Counted from the stretch's first letter, positions 1 to 8,362 are shown. The stretch is 64,000 nt of DNA from Minisyncoccia bacterium (GCA_049287185.1 JBAQFI010000012.1:54659-118658); one strand, 5' to 3'. The notes: generated by a model not told the origin, from the letters alone. Numbers and translations: made by a program.

Positions 1-927
1 TCCGTCAATAATTATATTATCTCTATCTTTTTTATTAATACGCGAAAAGAGAAATATAAACAAAAGTTCATCCTCGATGCCTTCTATTACTGTATTTGGT
101 GATAAAGTCATACCATTTTCATCTTTCACAAATGATACAATCTTCTTTTTTATTCCATCAAAGTTTGGAAATACAAAATATGAATCATGAGTGGTAATTA
201 TGACTTGATGATTAGGCAAATTAGAAATTTTCTCTAAAGTGTCATTCAAAGTTCTTTTTAATCTGGGATGCAAATATATCTCAGGCTCTTCAAATAGAAT
301 CAATACTGGTTTATCGATGTAATTCTTTCTATCAACTAAAATATCTAGGTAGGCCTTAATAATTGACGCAATAATTAACCTTTGTGTACCCTGTCCTAAA
401 TTTTCAAGCTTCCTGTTTTCCTTATTATCCTCACTAATATATTCGTCAACAGTAATAGAATTAATTAATTCTTTTATTATCGTCTTTGAATCTAGATTTT
501 CCTGATTCGAATCAATTAAAACTTCGTGTTTTTTATTTCCCGAAAACTCATTTAAGTTTTTGTTTGCCTTACTTTTAATATCATTAATAATATTTAAAAA
601 GCCTTCTTTATCTTTTAACACAAATTCAAACCCTAGATTAGAAAAAAGTTCTGCTAAATTCGTTACCAGATTAGTCGATGTGGCTGAAAATTTTAATTCA
701 TTATCCGATGGTCTTATATTTTCCGCAGCAATATAAACTATCTTTGGTGTTGTTACTTTTAGCCCCTTATCATCAGTAAACTCAGAATTTTTACCTCGAA
801 CAGCATTGATAAAGTTAGTTTTACCTGCGTTATTTTCTCCAGTTATGACTGTCATATTTTCTAATTCAAGTGTAAAACCTTCTGGAACGGTTTTTTCTTT
901 TTTTGGTATTTTTATTATTTTAATCAT
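1..927 (-). CDS. OLD-family-like AAA_15/ABC-type ATPase, N-terminal 309 aa only (gene runs off window start); a TOPRIM-like segment begins at the window edge
   Basis: Own translation from ATG (complement of 925-927): MIKIIKIPKKEKTVPEGFTLELENMTVITGENNAGKTNFINAV... Walker A GENNAGKTN, ABC-signature-like LGQGTQRL, Walker B/D-loop LILFEEPEIYLHP, H-loop ITTHD, then VIEGIEDELLF (TOPRIM-like Glu motif). Absent from ORF track because the frame is open at the window edge. Confidence 0.6.
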   Translation of the reverse strand, partial: MIKIIKIPKKEKTVPEGFTLELENMTVITGENNAGKTNFINAVRGKNSEFTDDKGLKVTTPKIVYIAAENIRPSDNELKFSATSTNLVTNLAELFSNLGFEFVLKDKEGFLNIINDIKSKANKNLNEFSGNKKHEVLIDSNQENLDSKTIIKELINSITVDEYISEDNKENRKLENLGQGTQRLIIASIIKAYLDILVDRKNYIDKPVLILFEEPEIYLHPRLKRTLNDTLEKISNLPNHQVIITTHDSYFVFPNFDGIKKKIVSFVKDENGMTLSPNTVIEGIEDELLFIFLFSRINKKDRDNIIIDG

Positions 928-1058
928 TAGATTTTGTTTGTCTCAGAGAGATGATTTTGTTGGCTGGCCGACTCGGGCTGGGACTCTTGGGTTCGTTACC
1001 CTGTAAGGCTATTCTAGCATATTTTTGGATTAAAAATCGACGCGACTTGAGCGCTACA

Positions 1059-1712
1059 CTAATAAATACAAAAAGATTTAACGGGTTCCGCAGTAAGCCT
1101 AAATGGTTTAACATAGTTTCCCCCTTTTAATGTCCGCCATTTTCCATCCCACGAGATATTCAGTAAAAAACGTGCTGGTCTTAAACCATTATCACTCACA
1201 ACGTGAATAATAAAAATATAATCCCCTGGTAATAATTCATTTTTAATACTACCACTAGGAAAAGCTTGTGCCATTATTCGCAAAATCTGTTCTCCCTCAC
1301 ATATATAACATACATCTAACCTTCTTTTATGTTTAGGTAAAACGTCTACGGGAGCTATTTGGGCTTCATGCGCCCATTTTAATTTCACTGGAGCTCTAAA
1401 TTCATCAATTCTAGAATAGTTCAGCCCTTTTTCGTTTTTGATCCAAATCTCCGTAAGATATGCCTCCGTATTTTTTGATATTTCAAACCCCCTATTCTTA
1501 GCCATTAGGTGTATCCAATAAGATTGTGGCCTAGAGGGGTGATCTAAAAGTTTGACCTCATAGTACGTCTCTTTTGGAGAAAAAAATATTTTGAATTTTG
1601 CCTTATAAAAAATAAGTTTAAACAATGCATATGGAATAGCGATAATCGTTAAAAAAGCAGCAACTTGTGGTATTACAGGAGATTTTATTAAATTTATTAT
1701 AGAATCCATCAT
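1059..1712 (-). CDS. membrane-anchored hypothetical protein (N-terminal TM helix, unknown soluble domain)
   Basis: ORF track 217 aa; hydrophobic stretch VAAFLTIIAIPYALFKLIF; no recognisable motif; co-directional with neighbours. Confidence 0.45.
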   Translation of the reverse strand: MMDSIINLIKSPVIPQVAAFLTIIAIPYALFKLIFYKAKFKIFFSPKETYYEVKLLDHPSRPQSYWIHLMAKNRGFEISKNTEAYLTEIWIKNEKGLNYSRIDEFRAPVKLKWAHEAQIAPVDVLPKHKRRLDVCYICEGEQILRIMAQAFPSGSIKNELLPGDYIFIIHVVSDNGLRPARFLLNISWDGKWRTLKGGNYVKPFRLTAEPVKSFCIY

Positions 1713-1746
1713 ATTTGTAAATTAAAGTCGACTCGACTTGAGTATA

Positions 1747-2364
1747 TTAACTTTGTGACTGATCCCCTTGTGCCGGCGGCCTTGTGGGTAAAGAAAGTGG
1801 TGGATTATTAATCATCATAATATTTATATTCTGCATTGATTCAAGATAAGGTTTATTTGGAATATCAGTTATTAAACCGTATTTTTTTGCTTCCTCAGCA
1901 GACATCACATGCCCCTGTCTCACAGTTTTTTTAACAGCACTTAATTTTTTAGAAGTTACACCAGAAATAACCTTACAGTAATCGTCAGTAATACGTTCGT
2001 TCAGATTGCCAATTTCATGAAGTTTAACTCCGTTAAATGTTCCCTGCATAGTTGTCAGAGCCTCGTGCAAAGTAAATCTGCACCCAGTCATCGCTAATCT
2101 CTGATCACCTGCACAAAAGATCATGACAGCCGCGCTATCAACATTACCCATTCCAATAACTGTCTTCTTTATGCCTAATTGTTTTAAATAATTATATGCA
2201 AGTAATCCATGATCTGAAGAACCACCCGAACTTGAAATTTGAATTATTATTTCATCCAAAGGATTCTCTGGTTTTTGTGTAGCAATTTGTTGAGTAATAA
2301 AATTAATTAAGTTATTAACCGTTATTTCAGAAATACCAGCATAAAAATTTATTAGCGCTTTCAT
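1747..2364 (-). CDS. ClpP-like serine protease (S14/ClpP-crotonase fold), divergent and not housekeeping ClpP
   Basis: ISSSGGSSDHGLLAYNYL...GMGNVDSAAVMIFCAGDQRLAMTGCRFTLHEA aligns to ClpP INSPGGVITAG...GQAASMGAFLL...RVMIHQP, with the Ser (VDSAA) and His (TLHEA) positions conserved; C-terminal SAEEAKKYGLITDI resembles ClpP SAPEAVEYGLVD. No clpX adjacent. Confidence 0.6.
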   Translation of the reverse strand: MKALINFYAGISEITVNNLINFITQQIATQKPENPLDEIIIQISSSGGSSDHGLLAYNYLKQLGIKKTVIGMGNVDSAAVMIFCAGDQRLAMTGCRFTLHEALTTMQGTFNGVKLHEIGNLNERITDDYCKVISGVTSKKLSAVKKTVRQGHVMSAEEAKKYGLITDIPNKPYLESMQNINIMMINNPPLSLPTRPPAQGDQSQS

Positions 2365-2371
2365 TTTAATG

Positions 2372-2746
2372 TTACTTTATTAATTTTTTAAAGGCGTCAG
2401 GGTTAGCTTTTGCTGTATCTAAAATTGATTTAAAATCAAACCTGCCATATCCATAAGTTTGTTCCTCAGCATTTTCGCCTTTTTCTTTGTTTAAATAGTT
2501 AATTAGATCTAGGATAGAGTTTATTATATTACCAGCCAGTTGAATGGGTTTCCCATATTTTTCTATTGAATATTCCTGTCCAAACTTATCCTTTTCATGT
2601 TCTGGTCTAAAGGTTTCAGCTATTAAATCAGCTCGCTGATAAATGTTTTTCCAGAGATACCTAATAATAGTCTCCCAACGAAAAAAATTCTTTTCTGCCC
2701 ATTTGATCACAATTATAAAAATGACTATTAGTACTAGATACCACAT
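2372..2746 (-). CDS. small membrane-anchored hypothetical protein
   Basis: 124 aa; N-terminal TM MWYLVLIVIFIIVIKW then a charged soluble domain; first gene of the minus-strand cluster next to the tRNA. Confidence 0.4.
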   Translation of the reverse strand: MWYLVLIVIFIIVIKWAEKNFFRWETIIRYLWKNIYQRADLIAETFRPEHEKDKFGQEYSIEKYGKPIQLAGNIINSILDLINYLNKEKGENAEEQTYGYGRFDFKSILDTAKANPDAFKKLIK

Positions 2747-2817
2747 ATGATTGTTATATTAAATTATTAATTCCAATGAAATTTAACGCGACCTGAGTAC
2801 TCGAACCTCGCTCAAGT

Positions 2818-2891
2818 TGGCTGCCAGACTTGGAATCGAACCAAGATACCGAGCTTCAAAGGCTCGTGTCCTACCGTTAGACGATCTGGCA
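2818..2891 (-). tRNA. tRNA-Gln (anticodon UUG), CCA encoded
   Basis: Reverse complement folds as a cloverleaf: acceptor UGCCAGA/UCUGGCA with U1-A72 (typical of Gln), D-arm GUCU-AACGGUA-GGAC, anticodon stem CGAGC/GCUCG, loop CUUUGAA giving anticodon UUG, T-arm CUUGG-UUCGAUU-CCAAG, discriminator G, CCA. Confidence 0.85.
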
Positions 2892-2922
2892 ATATAACTA
2901 ACCGCTTTAATTTACTATAAAA

Positions 2923-3564
2923 ATGCCACAAAAACAACCTTTTGAATATAAAATATATTTGTGCTACCATTTAAAAATGGACGAAAAAATAGCAAAAGAT
3001 TTAACGAAAAATACAAATAACGTACCTAAAACATCACTACACCAGTATTTAAAGGATAAAGGAATACTTATTTCCTCAATTGGAGCAATGTTAGGTCTAG
3101 GTAGTTTTTTGGGTATTATTGGCTTAATCTCTGTAAAAACACTTACAATATGGCCGTTAATTTTTGTTTATTCATTTATATTTTTACTTGTACTTGGTGT
3201 GGTAATCATTTGGTCTGAAATAATATATACTTTTCCACCTAATCCGGAAATTAGACTTAGGTTATTCAAATATATTCTTGTTGCTCTATATATTCTAACG
3301 ACAATTATTGCATGCTTAGTTTATAGAAATTTATCTAATATATTAATGCCAGTCATTATGTTTTTTATGGTGGGTTTACCACTCGTGAAATTTTTAGAAG
3401 ATACCATTTTATTTAGATTTATAATATGGATTAAAAAGAAATTTAATAATAAGATTAAGATATTGTTTATAATCATTGCTGTAGTAATATCATCTTTAGT
3501 AACACTTTTATTATATGAATTAACAAATTTCGTTAACCTTTTTATAAATAAGATGGTAATTTAA
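2923..3564 (+). CDS. polytopic membrane protein, hypothetical
   Basis: 213 aa ORF with five or six hydrophobic helices; alternative start at Met 2977 (MDEKIAK) is possible. Confidence 0.4.
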   Translation: MPQKQPFEYKIYLCYHLKMDEKIAKDLTKNTNNVPKTSLHQYLKDKGILISSIGAMLGLGSFLGIIGLISVKTLTIWPLIFVYSFIFLLVLGVVIIWSEIIYTFPPNPEIRLRLFKYILVALYILTTIIACLVYRNLSNILMPVIMFFMVGLPLVKFLEDTILFRFIIWIKKKFNNKIKILFIIIAVVISSLVTLLLYELTNFVNLFINKMVI

Positions 3565-3646
3565 TTTTTTCACAAAGGGAAAAACGTATATAGTCTCTAT
3601 CAAAATTATAAACTCTTCAGCAATCAATTTCCTGTATAATTAACTC

Positions 3647-4897
3647 ATGACCGCCTCACCCAAAACTCGCAAACCCAAAGTAATTTTTCACATGGATGGT
3701 GATGCTTTTTTTGTTGGAGTAGAAGTGGCTAAGAATCCTAAATTGCGAGGATTGCCAGTGGTGACGGGAGAAGAGCGAGGCATTGTTTCCGCTCTGTCTT
3801 ATGAAGCCAAAGCCCTTGGTATTACGCGCGGTATGCCAACCTACAAAGTTAAAAAAGAATATCCTAAGGTAATTATTTTGCCAGGTGATTATAAAGCTTA
3901 CGCTAAATATTCTAGTGCTATGTTTGATATTGTCCGTCGCTATGCCGATGATGTTGAAGAATATAGTATTGATGAATGTTTTGCAGATCTCACTGGTTTG
4001 GATAAGCCACTCAAGATGACGTACAGGCAAATTGCCGAGCGAATTAAAAGTGAAGTGAATAAGGAATTAGATTTATCAATTTCTATTGGTTTAGCACCAA
4101 GCAAAGTTCTGGCCAAGGTTGCCTCCAAATTTGTTAAGCCCAATGGTCTGACAATTATTGAGAAGGAAACCATCCCAAATTTTCTCGGGAAGACGCCAAT
4201 CGAGAAAATTTGGGGTATTGGTCCGCAGACTGCTTATTTGCTGAAAGATAAGAAAGTTTATTCGGCCTTGGATTTTGTGAATAAAGATTTAAATTGGATT
4301 AAACAAAATCTTTCCCAGCCTTATGAAGTACTGTGGCGAGAAATGAAAGGTGAGTATTTAATGGAAATAGATCCGAAACCTAAAACAGTATATTCTTCCG
4401 TGCAGAAAACTCGTTCATTCAATCCTTTTACCAATGATAAAGTTTTTCTCTTGTCACAACTGTCAAAACATATTGAGGAAGCTTGTACCAAAGCGCGACA
4501 TTACAATCTAATGCCAAGAAAGTTTTCCATTTTTCTCAAAACTAAAGATTTTAGATATTTTACGGCTTCGGCCAATCTGCAATCACCAACCAATGCTCCA
4601 GAGATTATTATTTCTCAAATGCACAAAATGTTTAAAGTGATTTATACCAAAGATGTGCTATACCGCACGACCGGTGTAACTTTATTGTCTCTAGTTTCTG
4701 ATTCAGTGACCCAAAGTGATTTGTTTGGAGATAATGCTCAGGCGAACAGGTTTGAGATTATCCACAAGCAAATTGACTCGCTAGAAGAGAAATTGGGCAA
4801 AAGGGTAGTGTATCTGGCTTCTACTCAAAAAGCCCTCAAACGCAAGGTTAAAGGCACTGAGGCTGATGATTTGGATAGAGATTTGTTGTTTTTGTGA
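3647..4897 (+). CDS. dinB: DNA polymerase IV (Y-family, DinB)
   Basis: VIFHMDGDAFFVGVEV (HVDMDAFFASVE-like), SIDECFADLTG, little-finger region; TGTATAAT extended -10 ends 6 nt before the ATG. Confidence 0.85.
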   Translation: MTASPKTRKPKVIFHMDGDAFFVGVEVAKNPKLRGLPVVTGEERGIVSALSYEAKALGITRGMPTYKVKKEYPKVIILPGDYKAYAKYSSAMFDIVRRYADDVEEYSIDECFADLTGLDKPLKMTYRQIAERIKSEVNKELDLSISIGLAPSKVLAKVASKFVKPNGLTIIEKETIPNFLGKTPIEKIWGIGPQTAYLLKDKKVYSALDFVNKDLNWIKQNLSQPYEVLWREMKGEYLMEIDPKPKTVYSSVQKTRSFNPFTNDKVFLLSQLSKHIEEACTKARHYNLMPRKFSIFLKTKDFRYFTASANLQSPTNAPEIIISQMHKMFKVIYTKDVLYRTTGVTLLSLVSDSVTQSDLFGDNAQANRFEIIHKQIDSLEEKLGKRVVYLASTQKALKRKVKGTEADDLDRDLLFL

Positions 4898-4921
4898 GCA
4901 AAGACTTGTCTTACTCACGAT

Positions 4922-5058
4922 TGTCATTCCCGCGCAGGCGGGAATCCAGCCTTTTTGATTTAAGACTATTTAAGATTCCTGGATTCCCGTCTTCACGGGA
5001 ATGACAGAGGGGAAAACTTAATCCTGGATTGCTTCGCTTCGCTCGCAATGACGGAAGG
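4922..5058. repeat. composite MITE-like repeat cluster with palindromic ends
   Basis: tgtcattcccgcgcaggcgggaatccag (4922-4949), spacer ttttgatttaagactatttaagatt, inverted cctggattcccgtcttcacgggaatgacagagg (4978-5010), plus a third degenerate half-site to 5058. Same composite recurs at 49832-49923. Confidence 0.8.
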
Positions 5059-5113
5059 TGAAGGTGGATGGTAGAGAGGGGTGCAAATAGCACATAATCT
5101 AAATTGTGATAAA

Positions 5114-5515
5114 ATGTTGAATATGAAAAATAATATTGAAACTAAAAAGAATTTCTCGATTTTTAAACGGGCCAAGAGTTTTGCCCATGCTGGTAGGGGA
5201 ATTAAAATATTTTTTAAAACTACCCACAATGCCTGGATTGAACTGGCCCTGTTCATTCTCGCCATTTTTCTCGCTTTTTATTTTAATATCACCGTTTATG
5301 AATTATTGATGCTAATTTTGGTCAGTGGTTTAGTTTTTGTGGCTGAGGCCTTTAACACAGCGATTGAAATCGATATGAACCTCACCTCACCAGAATTTCA
5401 TCCTTTTGCTCGCGACACCAAAGATGTCGCCGCTGGTGCCGTCCTCATTTCGGCTATCACTGCCACTGTTGTTGGTGTGGTGATTTTTATTCCTTATATT
5501 TTAATGTTAATATAA
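5114..5515 (+). CDS. dgkA: diacylglycerol kinase family protein (DgkA/undecaprenol kinase-like)
   Basis: AEAFNTAIEIDMNLTSPEFHPFARDTKDVAAGAVLI matches the DgkA core (NTAIE...KD.AAGAV). ORF-track start 5081 lies inside the repeat; ATG 5114 is more plausible. Confidence 0.65.
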   Translation: MLNMKNNIETKKNFSIFKRAKSFAHAGRGIKIFFKTTHNAWIELALFILAIFLAFYFNITVYELLMLILVSGLVFVAEAFNTAIEIDMNLTSPEFHPFARDTKDVAAGAVLISAITATVVGVVIFIPYILMLI

Positions 5516-5519
5516 AAAT

Positions 5520-5837
5520 ATGGAAAAATTTATTCAACCAGAATACATACCCGCAAAGGAAGAAGTTATTGAAATCATTAAACGCCATGCAGAAAATGCG
5601 ATAGTCACTCGCGAACTGTCTGACGAAAATGGAATCTATTTACTTGAACTAAAAGAAGAAGGAGAAAAACCCGGTAAATTTAATGAATACACATACGTTA
5701 GAAAAGGAGATTTTCCCAATAAACAACAATCACTTTCAACTACAATTTACGTTACATATTATGAGGATGATATTCCTTTCAGTGGCACTAATATTGCCGA
5801 GTATTCTACAGCTGAAGGTTGGAAGGAAATAAAATAA
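5520..5837 (+). CDS. hypothetical protein
   Basis: 105 aa ORF directly after dgkA; no motif recognised. Confidence 0.35.
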   Translation: MEKFIQPEYIPAKEEVIEIIKRHAENAIVTRELSDENGIYLLELKEEGEKPGKFNEYTYVRKGDFPNKQQSLSTTIYVTYYEDDIPFSGTNIAEYSTAEGWKEIK

Positions 5838-5844
5838 AATTTAA

Positions 5845-6408
5845 ATGAACTACACAAAACGAGTAAAGGAATTAAATCAAACATTTAAAGAAATACTGGA
5901 TAAATGTCCAGAACTTACTTTCATAGGCAATCCAATTCTTAGACAAAGGACAGATGATGTTATTCTTGAAGAAGGAATAAAAATTGCGTCTAAGTTAAAG
6001 AAGACACTAGAAACATACAGAGATATAACTGGATTTGGACGTGGACTAGCTGCACCTCAGATTGGTGAATCTAAATCAGTCTTTGTTACTTATGTCGGAG
6101 AAAAATTTAATACATATATTAACCCAAGAATTATTGGAAATTCTTCTAAGTTAAATTATTACCGTGAAAATTGCTTAAGCTGCGGATTTGTTTCGGTAGA
6201 TGTTAGACGACCAATTTCGATTATCATTGAATATACTAATGAAGAAGGAAAGTTACAGAAAGAAAATTTAGATAGCTTTTCTGCACGTTTAATTCAACAT
6301 GAATACGATCACTTAATTGGAATTGTTAACGTTGATAAAGCAGAACAAAATTCAATCGATTTCATGATTAACGATCCTCTTAAAGAAATTTTGAGAGATG
6401 ATAAGTAA
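5845..6408 (+). CDS. def: peptide deformylase
   Basis: Three PDF motifs: GRGLAAPQIG, ENCLSCGF (EGCLS), QHEYDHLIG (HExxH). Confidence 0.85.
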   Translation: MNYTKRVKELNQTFKEILDKCPELTFIGNPILRQRTDDVILEEGIKIASKLKKTLETYRDITGFGRGLAAPQIGESKSVFVTYVGEKFNTYINPRIIGNSSKLNYYRENCLSCGFVSVDVRRPISIIIEYTNEEGKLQKENLDSFSARLIQHEYDHLIGIVNVDKAEQNSIDFMINDPLKEILRDDK

Positions 6409-6502
6409 GCGTACAGGAGTATTTTGCTAGAACTATTCCATTTTATTAATTTCTATGTTAATCTACATTATCAGTTTTCAAATTAATAATTAATCAACCC
6501 AC

Positions 6503-6580
6503 AAAAAGAAGATTAACTGACTGGATCCCCGCCTACGCGGGCACGACAATCAGAATTATCGACTTTACCGGGTAAATAAT
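6503..6580 (+). repeat. 75-nt repeat, copy 1 of 2
   Basis: aaaaagaagattaaCtgactggatccccgcctAcgcgggCacgacaatcagaatTAtcgactttaccgggtaaataAt; near-identical copy at 9891-9967. Both end immediately before an ATG. Confidence 0.85.
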
Positions 6581-6724
6581 ATGGCAAAAAGAGCAGCTCA
6601 GGATATTAAAAATAAGACTTCACGTTCACATAAAACTACCAAACGTTTAGCAATCAAAAAAGCTCGTTTAGCAGCTTTGAAAGTAAAACGTGGGGGGAAG
6701 TACGGAAAGAATAAGCAAAAATAA
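6581..6724 (+). CDS. 47-aa highly basic small protein (ribosomal-protein-like composition, unassigned)
   Basis: Own translation MAKRAAQDIKNKTSRSHKTTKRLAIKKARLAALKVKRGGKYGKNKQK; starts at the end of the repeat, followed 10 nt later by a strong terminator; below the ORF-track length cut-off. Confidence 0.45.
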   Translation: MAKRAAQDIKNKTSRSHKTTKRLAIKKARLAALKVKRGGKYGKNKQK

Positions 6725-6733
6725 TCATTTTAA

Positions 6734-6775
6734 GAAAGCTGGGCTAAGCTTATGCTTAGCCCAGCTTTCTTTTGC
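6734..6775 (+). terminator. rho-independent terminator
   Basis: gaaagctgggctaagc-ttat-gcttagcccagctttc followed by tttt. Confidence 0.8.
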
Positions 6776-6791
6776 GGGTAGTATTAAAACC

Positions 6792-8252
6792 ATGGCTAAA
6801 GACGAAACAATATTAAGATTTGATAAAGTATCATTCGGATACGGTGAAAATTACCCTCTGCTCACAGAGGTAGATTTTTCTGTGCGTCGGGGTACCAAAA
6901 TCACTATCATGGGACAAAATGGTTCTGGTAAAAGTACCATGTTCGGCTTAATTACCAAACGTTTATTGCCAGATGATGGAATTGTAAATATTGTAAACGG
7001 TGTGTCTATTGCCATCTCTCGCCAAGTAATTCCCCGAGACGAGCTCGATCTTTCTGTTCGCGATTTTTTTCAAAAATGTTTTCCAGCCAAGGTTTATGAC
7101 ATTGACCCACGAATTGATGATGTTTTGGAAGTAGTCAATCTCAAAGGTCACGTAAAAGTCCACGATCGAATTGTCAGAACTTTTTCCGGTGGTCAGCAAG
7201 CTCGACTTCTTTTGGCTTCCGCGTTGATTCAAGACCCAGATTTACTTTTGCTTGATGAACCGACCAATAATTTGGACAAAGCTGGTATTGAGCACCTCAC
7301 AGACTATTTGATAAATTACAAAAAAACTTTAATGGTGATTTCTCACGATGCCGACTTTTTGAATAGTTTTACTGATGGAGTTTTGTATTTGGATGTTTAT
7401 ACTAAAAAAATCGAGCAATACGTCGGTAACTATTTTGATGTGCGCGAACAGATTATTGTTCGTCAAGAAAAAGAGAATCGTAAGAATGCTCAACTAGCTA
7501 AAGAAATTCAGGAGAATAAAGACAAAGCCAACTTTTTCGCCAACAAAGGTGGACAAATGCGTCTCGTAGCCAAAAGAATGCGTGAAAAAGCCGAGGAACT
7601 CGAAGAGGAAAAAGTAGATACTAGAAAGGAGGATAGAACCATCCGACCGTTTATTATTCCCGTGCAGGAAAACATTATCGGTGATTTGGTGCATATTACT
7701 CAATATAAAACTTTCGTAAACCACAAGGTGAACAAACGCAAAACCGAAGTTAAACTTCGACGCAAAGAGCATTTGCTTCTCCGTGGTCCAAATGGGATTG
7801 GTAAAAGTACACTGCTGGAATCAATTGCTAAAAACACGGCTGAAGGAACTTTTATTACTCCCGGAGTAAAAATTGGTTATTATCGTCAGGATTTTTCCAC
7901 TTTAAATTTTGAAGACACGGTTTATGATTCCTTGATGGAAGTAATGGACAAAAAGATTGAGGAAACCATGCGAGCGACCGCGGCGAGCTTTCTTATTACT
8001 GCGGATTCCATGTTTACTAAAATCGGAGACTTGTCGGAAGGACAGAAGGGACTAGTAGCTTTCGCACGTTTAGTTTTAGAGAAACCAGGATTACTGATTT
8101 TGGATGAACCAACTAACCACATAAACTTTCGTCATATTCCGATTATTGCTGAAGCATTGAATAAATATGAAGGGGCGATGATTATTGTTAGTCACGTGCC
8201 GGACTTTGTGGCGAAGATTCGAATTGACCAGATTTTGGATTTGGAGAAATAA
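6792..8252 (+). CDS. ABC-F family ATPase (two NBDs, no TMD; EttA/Uup-like translation factor)
   Basis: NBD1 GQNGSGKST, FSGGQQARLLLA, LLLLDEPTNNLD; NBD2 GPNGIGKSTLL, LSEGQKGLVAFA, LILDEPTNHI. Start at MAKDETILRF (6792) rather than the ORF-track 6690. Confidence 0.8.
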   Translation: MAKDETILRFDKVSFGYGENYPLLTEVDFSVRRGTKITIMGQNGSGKSTMFGLITKRLLPDDGIVNIVNGVSIAISRQVIPRDELDLSVRDFFQKCFPAKVYDIDPRIDDVLEVVNLKGHVKVHDRIVRTFSGGQQARLLLASALIQDPDLLLLDEPTNNLDKAGIEHLTDYLINYKKTLMVISHDADFLNSFTDGVLYLDVYTKKIEQYVGNYFDVREQIIVRQEKENRKNAQLAKEIQENKDKANFFANKGGQMRLVAKRMREKAEELEEEKVDTRKEDRTIRPFIIPVQENIIGDLVHITQYKTFVNHKVNKRKTEVKLRRKEHLLLRGPNGIGKSTLLESIAKNTAEGTFITPGVKIGYYRQDFSTLNFEDTVYDSLMEVMDKKIEETMRATAASFLITADSMFTKIGDLSEGQKGLVAFARLVLEKPGLLILDEPTNHINFRHIPIIAEALNKYEGAMIIVSHVPDFVAKIRIDQILDLEK

Positions 8253-8269
8253 GTCTAACCATCTACGTT

Positions 8270-8352
8270 TGTCATTCCCGCGCAGGCGGGAATCCAGATT
8301 AATAATTTAAAAAGAAAGACTGGATCCCCGCATTCGCGAGGATGACAGAGGG
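8270..8352. repeat. composite MITE-like repeat
   Basis: tgtcattcccgcgcaggcgggaatccag, spacer attaataatttaaaaagaaag, inverted actggatccccgcattcgcgaggatgacagagg. Confidence 0.8.
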
Positions 8353-8362
8353 GAAAAATTAA

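Noticed and set aside
1028-1745. Shared 9-14-nt motif cgac(g/t)cgacttgag in two intergenic gaps (1036-1052, 1726-1741) and acttgagcg just 3' of tRNA-Gln
   Set aside because: The matches are short, in mixed orientation and within chance expectation for 64 kb. It is not treated as an att site.
3565-3646. LexA/SOS box upstream of dinB
   Set aside because: No CGAAC-N4-GTTCG or CTGT-N8-ACAG-type palindrome was found in the 80-bp upstream region.
4898-5100. Possible CRISPR array, because of the many similar palindromic repeats
   Set aside because: Repeats occur singly or as inverted pairs with variable spacers of 20-30 nt, have degenerate stems and are scattered over 45 kb. No regular repeat-spacer periodicity and no cas genes are present. 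A MITE-like architecture fits better.
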